From a virus (taxonomy: Duplodnaviria; Caudoviricetes): a stretch of 64,000 nucleotides of DNA. Both the position numbers and the translations under genes were made by a program. Under the pieces are notes generated by a model. That model saw only the letters and a program-made list of their open reading frames with translations. It made no database searches and was not told the DNA's origin. The DNA lies in IMG/VR virus record IMGVR_UViG_3300021255_000042, positions 45,729 to 109,728 of that record; one strand, written 5' to 3'. Positions 37,901 to 46,057 of this stretch are shown one piece after another; positions within the stretch are counted from its first letter, which is position 1, and every line of letters starts with the position of its first letter.

Positions 37901-38229
37901 GCCGTATCGGAGCCGCCGTCAACAGATGTGAAACGCAAGTGGAGCTTGGCCGTGCCATCGATACTAATGATTGAATCCGTGTTGTCTGGACTTAACACGG
38001 AGACAGTGGTATTCGCTCCTGGCAAAGTGACCACGTGATTCACAGGCTCGTAAGTGGTGGAGCCCTGCTTGATTGCGTAAACTGCGTTTTGAATAAGTTC
38101 CGCTACGGCATTCTGGTTTTCAATGACTGCCGTAACAAGAAGGTTGAACTCACTCGCTGACAATTTACCTTCGGCAGTAGTTCCACCATTTTCGGTCTTG
38201 GGAATCAAACTTGAAATGTTTGTTGCCAT
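31918..38229 (-). CDS. giant DGR target protein (CotH-kinase-like core, LRR-like repeats, C-terminal CLec fold)
   Basis: 2103 aa. WYLPSSGEL...YWAS...VRAVAAF CLec motifs, DNCSKNTY..DDLDT motif, located in the tail operon. Confidence 0.85.
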   Translation of the reverse strand: MATNISSLIPKTENGGTTAEGKLSASEFNLLVTAVIENQNAVAELIQNAVYAIKQGSTTYEPVNHVVTLPGANTTVSVLSPDNTDSIISIDGTAKLHLRFTSVDGGSDTAEIVAVQIQVYSVGEWVTRGSFQVSTRPFTFDPTSPSAYEEFDISEYLSPGDNQVRVQATGMETGVTGRLVFNSIVLTQLYLVNQQNYNVPIDAAGGGFTIAYQVYGSVAKTLHLKISGATQEMTLEYTLGLTQYTTENFTRTIADQTGYGILSHGVHTVTAWLTCTDGDGNTITSDVLVNRFMVINNATVTTAQKTQPYVMIQEMLSSVTNYVQARLCGYAVFVPMLDSNNQIVLDTTASLNLAFIISNYSENALEDENLIEYLRVEDIVPTNVRRDLNVTVEIEASSDSSEEAASYDAYFHVWRRTTDVEGTITGTYDALMESIGTDAISLTVDNSDSFSPTAGSTFLINPKIRNNTETNFKRILNARDGNAEIPSTWVGFSGVNDGWIISPDDSQKILRVLAGQKLTIQYNPFAQFISNPESSMTLEFDMKVRNVTDPENAQLIGINETDATNQMIGLRFDALRGYLLTTSNNVEAQQDWQWEEGVRTHFSININHSVVAETGATPMALVRILINGSIKREFNFAINRYNEFCTGAMSNGGIVIGSNSADVDIYSIRCYTNKQLSATNIVKNYISTLPTSAEKLKVRHDNDILDSETGLISAAKVRAQGKRVLIYHGVEPYQFLSAKQKCYWEIYQYNADGTINPDLSGTICKASYLAWQQDNTVKCLVSSRQGTTANTYYYSNIQTKIKDVDFLITVELTKIHSSISQTLNNDGTVTLVGGLVDGTYEVTNGTIQVQDGWIDTNGMYRGKGYKVALGVPLGQKMVNKINYASAMQSHLCGGTRSYNDLHTEIVGKNSIQQSNSLARVAKYTEPFFYFTQETEGGTPLYRGACTFGPGKMDDPTWGFVKSQHGNFVMLEGAENNSPLTDMRVPWDHKVLPHFEDGECDGFGYPTADEVNIDVDKFVAQTVNGQKVLKDSVLAKVKDAWNFLYLHNPRITYYNGTYEQFIIDENLDTTMAYWLTQGTYRYCLFRYDNEAESFVHAGMWNGTAYAVRNLSTDSMTSSAITSDNQSNYSALNAAFISAIASHAKANIGSYFKVDSLKFHYAYVNFFIAGTDNCSKNTYYVLDPSTLLFELHQDDLDTIFPTDNTGRQTKPYYIDRMHPCAEGSNQSLYEGGANVLFNLCELMYEDTKELQSMMHEILSAMSRMVSVNDDLPGLTDVQKTTPWGFLHKYFFSVQEYFPAVAWNEQARIRYEYPASTGFVSTGGRAVPPITQSIGNQLEAERQYMKRRLVYAASYARWGDFEYAASGSIGLDDTASSFGFQGYPNPDGTVASYVIQVTPHQYIYPTANVGANTIDPHVRLAPGQTYNFNLGSVQGDTGVAIFASNYYRNFGNVGNISCKADSTFTLQGKRLTSFTAEPTVFYTDSTTGESVPAFRPQQFVIENATGLQSISLEGCVGIKGTFDGTKLIRAATINLSGTSITEVNLPESENLVTVKLPGKLTTIEIDNVPNVTTITFDGYQYLHTIRIGSNVGSFNSYGLAFGAFNANANVNYIQIENINWTSASAAMIEWLAGIATSKLTGSMIVNEPSAGSSITFAMKALIIDKWGNVDDVNSADHKGLLMTYNKTVLTSAGIGGDTYTHEANADYQYIVNPSSRYANNFTKITWSVTNPSLNGQVSMNTKTGVLHVSQLSSEADFVTVGVAIETFNNGSYTTINGAKTVGIYDRAAEVGDYVYADGSYSDSLDEDKTPVGICFYINPDDSTDRRMTALQDTAPTSRAWGLYNDATNGFAGLTLSDEPTYNVYDVVSIDNITSGISGSYVTDESYRDETSTGDADGFKIFAANTAPGDMQLITLTSEISLDGKTYHVGDKIPSGKLKTLRIIQHRNKILNDSGINLPIPSETATESEYQNVTTCITNLVNANSSTVKYQQYYYPAASYCYAYQPTVLRTGEVLNDKFKKHNWYLPSSGELCRCYWYKSKGYTVGTPNAIFAKAKTAGVFTQWTESWYWASAEYSANHAWDVYFNSGYVNGSYKYDFLYVRAVAAF
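31923..32032 (-). repeat. DGR variable repeat (VR)
   Basis: Encodes ASAEYSANHAWDVYFNSGYVNGSYKYDFLYVRAVAA at the target C-terminus. Confidence 0.97.
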
Positions 38230-38247
38230 CTTGTAAATTGTTATAAA

Positions 38248-40659
38248 TTAGAAACTTATCGGGAAGTCGTATGTGAACATATCGGTCGTTGACACAACAC
38301 ACTCAAAGTAGTCCTGGTCGCTAATAGCATAATCCAGAACTATCGTGTCGGACGTTTGATCAATAGAAGGATTGTTCGTCCAAAAATCGGTGTCTTCCAC
38401 CAACCCAGACGAACCAACCGTGTACTTATGCCAACGGAACGCGATGCCGGTAAGGTCAGTCACCAGCTCGCCACGGAAGTAAAGCTCGGCCTTCAAAGTG
38501 GTCTGGCAATCTCCATTGTGGAAACTGGAACCGGTACTGGAAGTGACCTTGACCGTGTAACCGGCGATGATTACCTTGCGAACCGTGAATGTATCGTAGC
38601 TGGAGGTGGCCGCAACCGCGTAGTTACACCTCAGTTCAAGAATTCCGTCCTCGCTCCAAAGAGTAGAAAGCGGCTGAACCGTGTAAGTGTAACTCGTTGC
38701 GCCGGATATATCAGTCCATACCCCTTCGGAATTCTTGTACTGCCACTGGAAAACTGCCTCGTCCGGCGTGAAGTTTTTGCAGATTGCCGTAAGAACAAGC
38801 GTCTGCGGAGTGAAAGCATCGAAACCACTGTTGCCGCCCTTAATGACAACCATCGTGTCATTGCCTTCAATCTTAATCGTGCGGCCAATGACTTCGCGCT
38901 GTGCATCCTGAGAAAGATTATCCCAGTCAAGGGTCACGTCACTTCCGAACGTCACGGAACCGGCGGCAGTCCACCGAATGTTGTTGTTCGCCAGGTAGCC
39001 GGAGCCGTCCACACGGAGAACAAACGAATTCGTCCGCGTGCCGATGCTTCCGTTGCCGTCATAATTCAGCTTCAAGAGGGGGTTCTGGATGGTGCCACCA
39101 ATACCGCCACGGCTGAACCAGGCACCGTAATCGTCAGTAGTGTCGAGTACGGAATCGGTAGGTTGGTACTGGGTGACAACCTTTCCAGATTCAAGCTGGA
39201 AGGCAGACACACAAACCTCGTCCGCATAGGGAACGAGTGTGTCGGCGGCAATTACAGATGCGCTCTCGGAAATCGAATCTTCGTCAGCATCGGCGAACGT
39301 GGGCGTGAGCGTGAATGTCAAAGATTCAGACGCAAGGGCGGGTGTAATCACCTCAAATGAAACCGATTCACGTTTCCAGGCATTTAGTTCGTGGGCTTCG
39401 ATATATACCGTTCCTATCAGGAATCCATTCTGCTGGATGGAGAGCGTCACCGGCTTCTTCGCGTTCACCCAGAACGAGAGGCAATACTGCTTGGCTATGT
39501 GCGAGTTAAGCCACGAAGAAGTCTGGGCCGTGACAGTCGCGCCGCCGGTCAGCTTGTACATCTTTCCTACCCCGGTCGGATTGGTGATTGTGGTGTCCTC
39601 AGCACACGCACCGGAGATTGTTGGCGACAGGGAGTTAATGAAAGCGTTGCGATGAATCTTACCGGCATAGAAGGTGGAGCCAAACCCATTCTCGTCCCCC
39701 GCCGTCAACGTACCCGATACGTGTGCCGAGCCGGAGGTAAATAGTTTCTGGAGATAACCGCCATATCCATCCAGCCGCCCGAACACCGGATCAACCATTC
39801 CAGTCAACCGGCCAAGGCGCATCTGAGAAGCATCGCCGAAATTGGCAACGCTGGAAAGAAGGATGATATTGAAATCGGCAATCCAGACCTCATCATTGTT
39901 TTCGAGATCTGGAAGAGCTATCTTGACCGAACGAAGATGTCGTCCAGACCAATCTACCGTAATCGCGTGAAGCTTGTACTGCCAACTTGTCGTAACGGCA
40001 ACATCAACTGTTCCGTCAACACGCACACCGTCAACATATTCCAGGGATGCCGTTGCGGTGAGTGATTTTGATGCCTTAATCTTGTAGGAAATCAGCACGC
40101 GGTTCGGATTGGCCACGTACTTATAGAAATCCTGCTTCAGCTTCACCGTCCCTTCGGTTGAATTCTTGGTGATGTGAAGGATGCGGTTATTGTCGTTCTG
40201 GGATTTGATATACTGGAGGGTTGCAAGCTGCGGGTTCTCCAGGATATACTGCGTCTGTGGGTCTTCATTGTTCACAACGCCCAACGAAACCGGCCATGAC
40301 AAGCTCGCATTGCGCCCAATCCCGTCAATCACATCCATATACGGAGCCTCGCTGTCACTTGCCGTCAGATAGAGTGCGCCTGAACGATCGGTATCAAAAA
40401 GGTTCGTGACGCGAGCAAAGTCGAGAATCTGGGAGGAGGAAGGCGCATCTCCTTCCAGGAGGGCACCAACGAAGTACGGCTGTTGACTATTGTCAGACAA
40501 AGTATCGACACCGGTTTCCAGGACGGCCATCAACGAATAGATTACGTTCTGCCCGTCAAAATACTGTCGTCTAACTATGTCGCCAACGTGAAGTCCTTGC
40601 GTCTTTTTTGAATCAGAGCGCAAGGACACCTTGAACTGTCTATAACTGAATACTGCCAT
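38248..40659 (-). CDS. tail structural protein with carbohydrate-binding/Ig-like domains
   Basis: Beta-rich 803 aa, with FQWQYKN...WTDISGATSYTYTV Ig-like segment. Confidence 0.6.
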   Translation of the reverse strand: MAVFSYRQFKVSLRSDSKKTQGLHVGDIVRRQYFDGQNVIYSLMAVLETGVDTLSDNSQQPYFVGALLEGDAPSSSQILDFARVTNLFDTDRSGALYLTASDSEAPYMDVIDGIGRNASLSWPVSLGVVNNEDPQTQYILENPQLATLQYIKSQNDNNRILHITKNSTEGTVKLKQDFYKYVANPNRVLISYKIKASKSLTATASLEYVDGVRVDGTVDVAVTTSWQYKLHAITVDWSGRHLRSVKIALPDLENNDEVWIADFNIILLSSVANFGDASQMRLGRLTGMVDPVFGRLDGYGGYLQKLFTSGSAHVSGTLTAGDENGFGSTFYAGKIHRNAFINSLSPTISGACAEDTTITNPTGVGKMYKLTGGATVTAQTSSWLNSHIAKQYCLSFWVNAKKPVTLSIQQNGFLIGTVYIEAHELNAWKRESVSFEVITPALASESLTFTLTPTFADADEDSISESASVIAADTLVPYADEVCVSAFQLESGKVVTQYQPTDSVLDTTDDYGAWFSRGGIGGTIQNPLLKLNYDGNGSIGTRTNSFVLRVDGSGYLANNNIRWTAAGSVTFGSDVTLDWDNLSQDAQREVIGRTIKIEGNDTMVVIKGGNSGFDAFTPQTLVLTAICKNFTPDEAVFQWQYKNSEGVWTDISGATSYTYTVQPLSTLWSEDGILELRCNYAVAATSSYDTFTVRKVIIAGYTVKVTSSTGSSFHNGDCQTTLKAELYFRGELVTDLTGIAFRWHKYTVGSSGLVEDTDFWTNNPSIDQTSDTIVLDYAISDQDYFECVVSTTDMFTYDFPISF

Positions 40660-40660
40660 A

Positions 40661-42472
40661 TTACACCAATTCGGTTACAAGGTCTCCTGAGCAAGAATCG
40701 CTCACCCAAAGAGAGCCGTTAGTTACTGACATTTTCTGCACCTCCAGCTCGTACACCCTCATCTTCTTGCGCACAGTCAAGCTGTCGAAGGTAGCCTCAT
40801 AGCCACCGTACAAAGTATCACTGAGGATGGCCCAACCAGAACCGGCGAAGCCACTGGAGAAGGCCGTAGTGCTAAGAGAGCCGGTAAAGGTCGTGTTGCC
40901 ATTAAGGTGCATTCCTCCAGTCACACCCTCAATGAAAACCGCATCGGCAAACATCAAGGCGTTCTCAATTAAGCGAGTTTTGTAAGTATTGCTGATGATT
41001 GAGAATGCCGTACCCTCGACAGGCTTCTTGAACGTAAAGAACTCCGCATTGGCATCCACCGTGTCGAAGTTAACGCTGGCAGAGTATGCGAGGTTCAGGT
41101 TCTTAAATAGCGAGGTGGTCGGAGCCAGATATATTTGAACTGGAAGGTTGACTGTGTGGCTGTTCTCGGAGTTGTCAACGTAGGTGTACGGAAGGCCGAG
41201 AACGAACTTGGCCGAATCGTTTGTGATGTACGGGCCGGTAGTGCTTCCCAGACGAATCCGATGCGAGGAAACAAAACCGCAATCGCTTCCGTCCACATAA
41301 TAGGTCTGGATGACGGTCGGCCCGGCGTTTCCACAACCGGCCTGGAATGAGTTGGGGAAGTTGCCATCGCCAAACGGAGACACCATATTATAGGTGCCTG
41401 CGGCGTTCTTGATGGCCGTCTGAAGAGCTATGTAGTTCGTGGCCGTTGATCCGTCAACGTCACCAAGATTCAGAACCATTCCAGGCGCAGAGAGCGAAAC
41501 GATGTCGGTGGTGCCGGTCTTAACCTTCAGGATGTACTTGTCCTTGAACTTGAAACCCTTCTCATTCTTGATATGTACGTTCTCATCCAGCTTCAGATAC
41601 GCGATGGTAGAATCGTTCTCGTCAACGTAGGTGTAGAACCACTTCGTATTGTTGGCACCAAGCTCAAACCCGTTCAAGGCCACCAGCTTACCACCGACAT
41701 TATAGTCGCCGTCAACAGTCAAGTCGCCGAATACGTGCAGGTCTTTTGTCTGCCAATCAACTGTCGGCAAATTTGAGTTGGCCGCATGATAATAGATGCT
41801 GGAGACATTGCCAGTGACGTTGTAGATTTCGTTATCGTGAGCGAACACCTTCCCGGACTTGAATGTAGAAGCAACTACATTTCCGCTGAACTCGACATCA
41901 GAATAGGTGGTTTTCAGCTTTCCGTCAACGGCATCCACGTAGAGGATATGGTTATTTCCAATATAGATACCGGCAGTGCTGAGTGTGAGCTTACCGCCAA
42001 CGCTCGCATCATCATCAACGCTCAGGTTTCCGAACACGCTGGCCGTATTGGTCGATACATCATCTACGGTCGTTCTGGTAACTGTGAAGATGGCCACATT
42101 CCCAGCACCGGCCACGAATCCATACTTGGCATTCAATGCGCCGGTCATTGAATCGCCTGTGCGGGCAACATAACCGATACCAGTCTCGCCTCCACCTCCT
42201 CCAGCTCCACTTGCGCTGATTGCATTGATAATGGAGTTGGCGAAAAGATATGCAGAATTCTTGGTGAGAATGTCGGTATATGCAGCCATCTGGGTATTGA
42301 TAGCTTCTGCGTCAATCTCACCGCCAGGAGTGGTCGGAGGGTTGGTCGTTACGTCAGGTACATCAACCTGGCCAGCCGCAACCATCCCATCGTACAGCCT
42401 TGTATAAAGGTCGTACAGTACGGAAGTCGGATCGAGCGTGCTCGGATCAAAGTTGAGTTGTGCTGCTGCCAT
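40661..42472 (-). CDS. tail structural protein
   Basis: C-terminal FSSGFAGSGW...DSLTVRKKMRVYELEV..NGSLWVSDS motif typical of Bacteroidota phage tail proteins. Confidence 0.6.
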   Translation of the reverse strand: MAAAQLNFDPSTLDPTSVLYDLYTRLYDGMVAAGQVDVPDVTTNPPTTPGGEIDAEAINTQMAAYTDILTKNSAYLFANSIINAISASGAGGGGGETGIGYVARTGDSMTGALNAKYGFVAGAGNVAIFTVTRTTVDDVSTNTASVFGNLSVDDDASVGGKLTLSTAGIYIGNNHILYVDAVDGKLKTTYSDVEFSGNVVASTFKSGKVFAHDNEIYNVTGNVSSIYYHAANSNLPTVDWQTKDLHVFGDLTVDGDYNVGGKLVALNGFELGANNTKWFYTYVDENDSTIAYLKLDENVHIKNEKGFKFKDKYILKVKTGTTDIVSLSAPGMVLNLGDVDGSTATNYIALQTAIKNAAGTYNMVSPFGDGNFPNSFQAGCGNAGPTVIQTYYVDGSDCGFVSSHRIRLGSTTGPYITNDSAKFVLGLPYTYVDNSENSHTVNLPVQIYLAPTTSLFKNLNLAYSASVNFDTVDANAEFFTFKKPVEGTAFSIISNTYKTRLIENALMFADAVFIEGVTGGMHLNGNTTFTGSLSTTAFSSGFAGSGWAILSDTLYGGYEATFDSLTVRKKMRVYELEVQKMSVTNGSLWVSDSCSGDLVTELV

Positions 42473-43431
42473 TATTTCTGTACTTTAACTTTATTGGTAA
42501 GGAATCCTGAGTGGGCTGACTTCCAAGCCGCAATCTTCGCCTTCATAGCGATAAAATTCGGAAGCTGGGTGACAAGGGGTTGCGGGCCCATCATAGTGGT
42601 GGTCTGAGCCTGGGAGAGATAGCCTACGATGTCGGAAAGAACATCGGCCAGCTCACCACCCAGGACAGCATCATCGGTTCCGCTTGTAGAGCCAAGATGA
42701 ACGGTGCCGTCTTCGACCTGAACCTTGGAGCCGCCCATCTCAATGATAACCTTGTTATCGTCCAGGGTGATTTTAGCGTCACCGTGGACGAACTCAATCT
42801 TGTCCTTGTTGATTTCGGCGGTACTGTCATCATCACCGGCGGTCACTTTCTTCTTCTCGGTGTCAAGCACCTCGGTCATCGTATTTTCATCGCCGTCAGT
42901 GACCTCAGTGGTTATCTTGTCCTTCTCATAAATAGTCTGGGAATGAACACCGGTTTCCTCCAGCTCGTCAATATCAGGGCCGTCCTCGGAACTGGCATCG
43001 AAATCCTCACGTTCCTTGACCTCGATGACAACCTTATCGTGAGAATCAAGCTGGATGAGGTCAACGTGTGAGAACATCGTGACATACTCAACGCCGGAGG
43101 CCGGATCACGAACAATCGTCACGTCAGAATACAACTTAGGGATAATTACATATCCCTTTGTGTTATCCTGGATGGCACTCAGATATACGTTCTCGTGAAG
43201 TCCGGCATCGGGGTTTTCGGATGCGTCAACAACAGAGCTGACATATTCCTGAACATCGATTGTACCGGCAAACTCGCCGTCAAGGTGTATGGCCTTCACA
43301 TAACCGACTATCTGTCCGACATCATACAATTTGCCGGCCTTATCAGCAATGCCATGTAAGGCGATCCTTTGAATCGCCTCACGAATGGTTGCGTTCGAGC
43401 CCGCACCGGTATGACCTTTTTGATTGCCCAT
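42472..43431 (-). CDS. baseplate central spike (gpV/gp5-like)
   Basis: N-terminal OB-like region, beta-helix-like repeats, synteny after the hub. Confidence 0.6.
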   Translation of the reverse strand: MGNQKGHTGAGSNATIREAIQRIALHGIADKAGKLYDVGQIVGYVKAIHLDGEFAGTIDVQEYVSSVVDASENPDAGLHENVYLSAIQDNTKGYVIIPKLYSDVTIVRDPASGVEYVTMFSHVDLIQLDSHDKVVIEVKEREDFDASSEDGPDIDELEETGVHSQTIYEKDKITTEVTDGDENTMTEVLDTEKKKVTAGDDDSTAEINKDKIEFVHGDAKITLDDNKVIIEMGGSKVQVEDGTVHLGSTSGTDDAVLGGELADVLSDIVGYLSQAQTTTMMGPQPLVTQLPNFIAMKAKIAAWKSAHSGFLTNKVKVQK

Positions 43432-44924
43432 TATTCAGTGCCAGAATCCTTATCCTTGTCGCGTGAAATGCAGTACGGCATCTTCAAGGTCTGCTTGTAC
43501 CCATCATTCACACCGAACTTGGTAGTTATTTCTTCTATCAAATAATAGCCGTTTTTGGCCGTGAATCGGTTATCAAGAAGGTGAATTTCCATACCAGATT
43601 TCAGCCCAAGATCACCCATAATTGTCAGGGAACCATCAATGCCATTCGAGTTGTAGGATTCGAAATATTTGATAGCATCCTGGAGTAAATCATCGTGGGA
43701 GATACCTATACGCGGGGACGCATACGGAATGATATTATATGAGGACAGGTCAACCTTCTGGTTGGATTTGCCAAGTACGGTGGCACCGGCCTTCAAAGCC
43801 TTCTTGGAAAGGGTCGTCTCATTAAGAACCTGGTATTTATCATTACCATCGTTCTTCTCCCAGTCATAATCTGGATTCAAACGTATGGTGATATGATATT
43901 GCTTCCCCTTCCCTTCAATGGTGTCCCAGGACGTTGCTTCTACGGCCAAGAAATTCTTGTCCGTATTCATCGTGGTCAAGCCATTGTTGGTAACGTGGTA
44001 ATCAAACCTGACTTCCGGTATCTTTGAGGAATCCTGATTGATCTCTGGAATGGAATCACCATTCAGCTTCGAGAAGTAAGACCACCCAACTGCAAGATAC
44101 GGCTCGGAGCCATCGCTTTTGATGAAGGAGTATAACCGCGCATTCTTCGCCCAAGTCGTAAGAACATCAGCAACCGTAAAATCTTTAGGAATGCTGGTCT
44201 TTACTTCGATATTTTTCGACTTCGGATATAACTTCAGACCGGCCTTTTGAAGAAGGTCGTCAGTCAGTATGTCCGTAATTTTATAATTCTTCACCCTGGT
44301 ATGAGCAGGGCAATTGATTTTCTTCAGGTAACTGGCAAGGTCTTCACATTCCAGCTCTATAGGATCATCGATACTGCATTTCGTAATGTAGCCATCGAAC
44401 ATAATACAGCTGGAAGAGTTAGATGCCTGCGGACACATCGACTTTTTATAAGTCTCACGAATCGCGGAATCATTGAACACAGTCTTCCCTTTTGCGCTCG
44501 TCTTGGCAAATTCCGCAATCTCGGATGCACTATATCCATCCATATCGTGCAAATAGCCAAGACGAATCCGAATACGCTGGCCAACCTTGAAATCGCTGAC
44601 ACCAGCACGCCTCGTAGTATTCCGCGTAACCATCACCAGGCCGCCATCCTCAATAGACACGCTAACGCCGCTTGCGACATCTTCTATGTTCGTCTGGGTA
44701 ACGGTCTCACGGATAACCGTACCGCGAGGGAATTTCACCTTCGCGGTATTAAACAGCTTCTTGTAGGAATCTACGATCTCGATTTCCTCCACCTCAGTAA
44801 GCATCTTCATCTTCGACACTTCCGTAGGCTCATTAACCAAGCTCTGGCCTTGTTCCTGCTCCCATACTTGAATGAGACAGGCAAGTATCACAAAGCCGCG
44901 ATTTTCTTGAACTATCTCACTCAT
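43431..44924 (-). CDS. baseplate hub (gpD/gp27-like)
   Basis: AKVKFP, FKVGQRIRIRLGY, FDGYIT..IELECED, GYYLIEEITTKFG..GYKQ. Confidence 0.7.
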   Translation of the reverse strand: MSEIVQENRGFVILACLIQVWEQEQGQSLVNEPTEVSKMKMLTEVEEIEIVDSYKKLFNTAKVKFPRGTVIRETVTQTNIEDVASGVSVSIEDGGLVMVTRNTTRRAGVSDFKVGQRIRIRLGYLHDMDGYSASEIAEFAKTSAKGKTVFNDSAIRETYKKSMCPQASNSSSCIMFDGYITKCSIDDPIELECEDLASYLKKINCPAHTRVKNYKITDILTDDLLQKAGLKLYPKSKNIEVKTSIPKDFTVADVLTTWAKNARLYSFIKSDGSEPYLAVGWSYFSKLNGDSIPEINQDSSKIPEVRFDYHVTNNGLTTMNTDKNFLAVEATSWDTIEGKGKQYHITIRLNPDYDWEKNDGNDKYQVLNETTLSKKALKAGATVLGKSNQKVDLSSYNIIPYASPRIGISHDDLLQDAIKYFESYNSNGIDGSLTIMGDLGLKSGMEIHLLDNRFTAKNGYYLIEEITTKFGVNDGYKQTLKMPYCISRDKDKDSGTE

Positions 44925-44925
44925 A

Positions 44926-46056
44926 TTAGATATGGTTGCTTATCCACATTATGCCTTTGTTCCGTTCCTTACCATCGGTAAGCTGGGTGGTTTCTGATTT
45001 TCCGGTCTCAACCTCTTTCTTCTTCCTTTCCAGGAGAGACTTATACCAACCGGAAAGATCGGTGTTTGCAAGCGCATCGTTCAGTGCAACAATAGTGTCT
45101 GCCGTGATTTGAACGTTGTCGCTCGGCTCAACCGCCACGCAGGTAATGGTGTACGGCTGGATATTCTTGAAGGTCTGCGATTCAAGCTTGAAATCCTGGA
45201 TGATGATGTTGTCAACACCGAACTGCTTGAACAGAAGATGATTTACCTGAACCACTCCGTTGTACTGGCAAATCTTGATGAGCCGCTTCACATCGTCCTG
45301 CGGATAAACGCCTGGAAGGTTGGAATTAATGGCACCGCTTATGGAGAAGCAAATGTCACCACCGGACACCAGCTCTTTCCTCGTATAATCGCGGCCTTCA
45401 ACTTTGTTGAGGATCACGTTTTTGGATGTGGTCTGGGAAACCTGCGGGGTAACGTCATAGAAGAAAATCTGCTTCGATTTGACAGTCCTCTTCGTAGGCC
45501 CCTCCATATACGTTATATCCATAGGCTCCTTAACCTTGTAGCTAAGGATAAGGGCTTCAGGAACAAGTCTGCCGAAAGCGTCAAGAGCGTTCACCTGGTC
45601 GTTGCTATCCTCCAGCTTCAAAACACCGAGACCGCTGTCAACCTTCTCACCGGCATCTATGATTATTTGGCTATTAGCCGCCTGGTTCTCCAGAATGTTC
45701 TTGCGTCTCTCGCGGTCGGCCTTAATTTCAGCCTGCCGCGCCTCGTTCTGGGATTTGATTTCATCGATGGCTGTCCGAACGTTCTTGTGGCCAAGCCACC
45801 TGAAGGCTGCATTCACGTAACCGCTACCAATCTCCAGGGCGACATTTGCATAATGTTCTGCAAGCTGAAAGCCGATTCGCTTTGCGGTGTGAACAATCAC
45901 ATTCTCGTAGGCACGCTCACTCTTATAGTAAAGCATCCCATCGCGGTTCTGGAACCTCGCATAATATGTGTTGCTGGAGAGTATGTTCTGCGTTGCAGCA
46001 CCTACACTCCAGACAACGTGCTCCCAAGGAAGCAATTGACTTACCGGTATAGCCAT
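44926..46056 (-). CDS. tail tube initiator-like protein (DUF6046-like)
   Basis: KNVILNKVEGRDYTRKELVSGGD motif, located after the tape measure gene. Confidence 0.55.
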   Translation of the reverse strand: MAIPVSQLLPWEHVVWSVGAATQNILSSNTYYARFQNRDGMLYYKSERAYENVIVHTAKRIGFQLAEHYANVALEIGSGYVNAAFRWLGHKNVRTAIDEIKSQNEARQAEIKADRERRKNILENQAANSQIIIDAGEKVDSGLGVLKLEDSNDQVNALDAFGRLVPEALILSYKVKEPMDITYMEGPTKRTVKSKQIFFYDVTPQVSQTTSKNVILNKVEGRDYTRKELVSGGDICFSISGAINSNLPGVYPQDDVKRLIKICQYNGVVQVNHLLFKQFGVDNIIIQDFKLESQTFKNIQPYTITCVAVEPSDNVQITADTIVALNDALANTDLSGWYKSLLERKKKEVETGKSETTQLTDGKERNKGIMWISNHI

Positions 46057-46057
46057 T

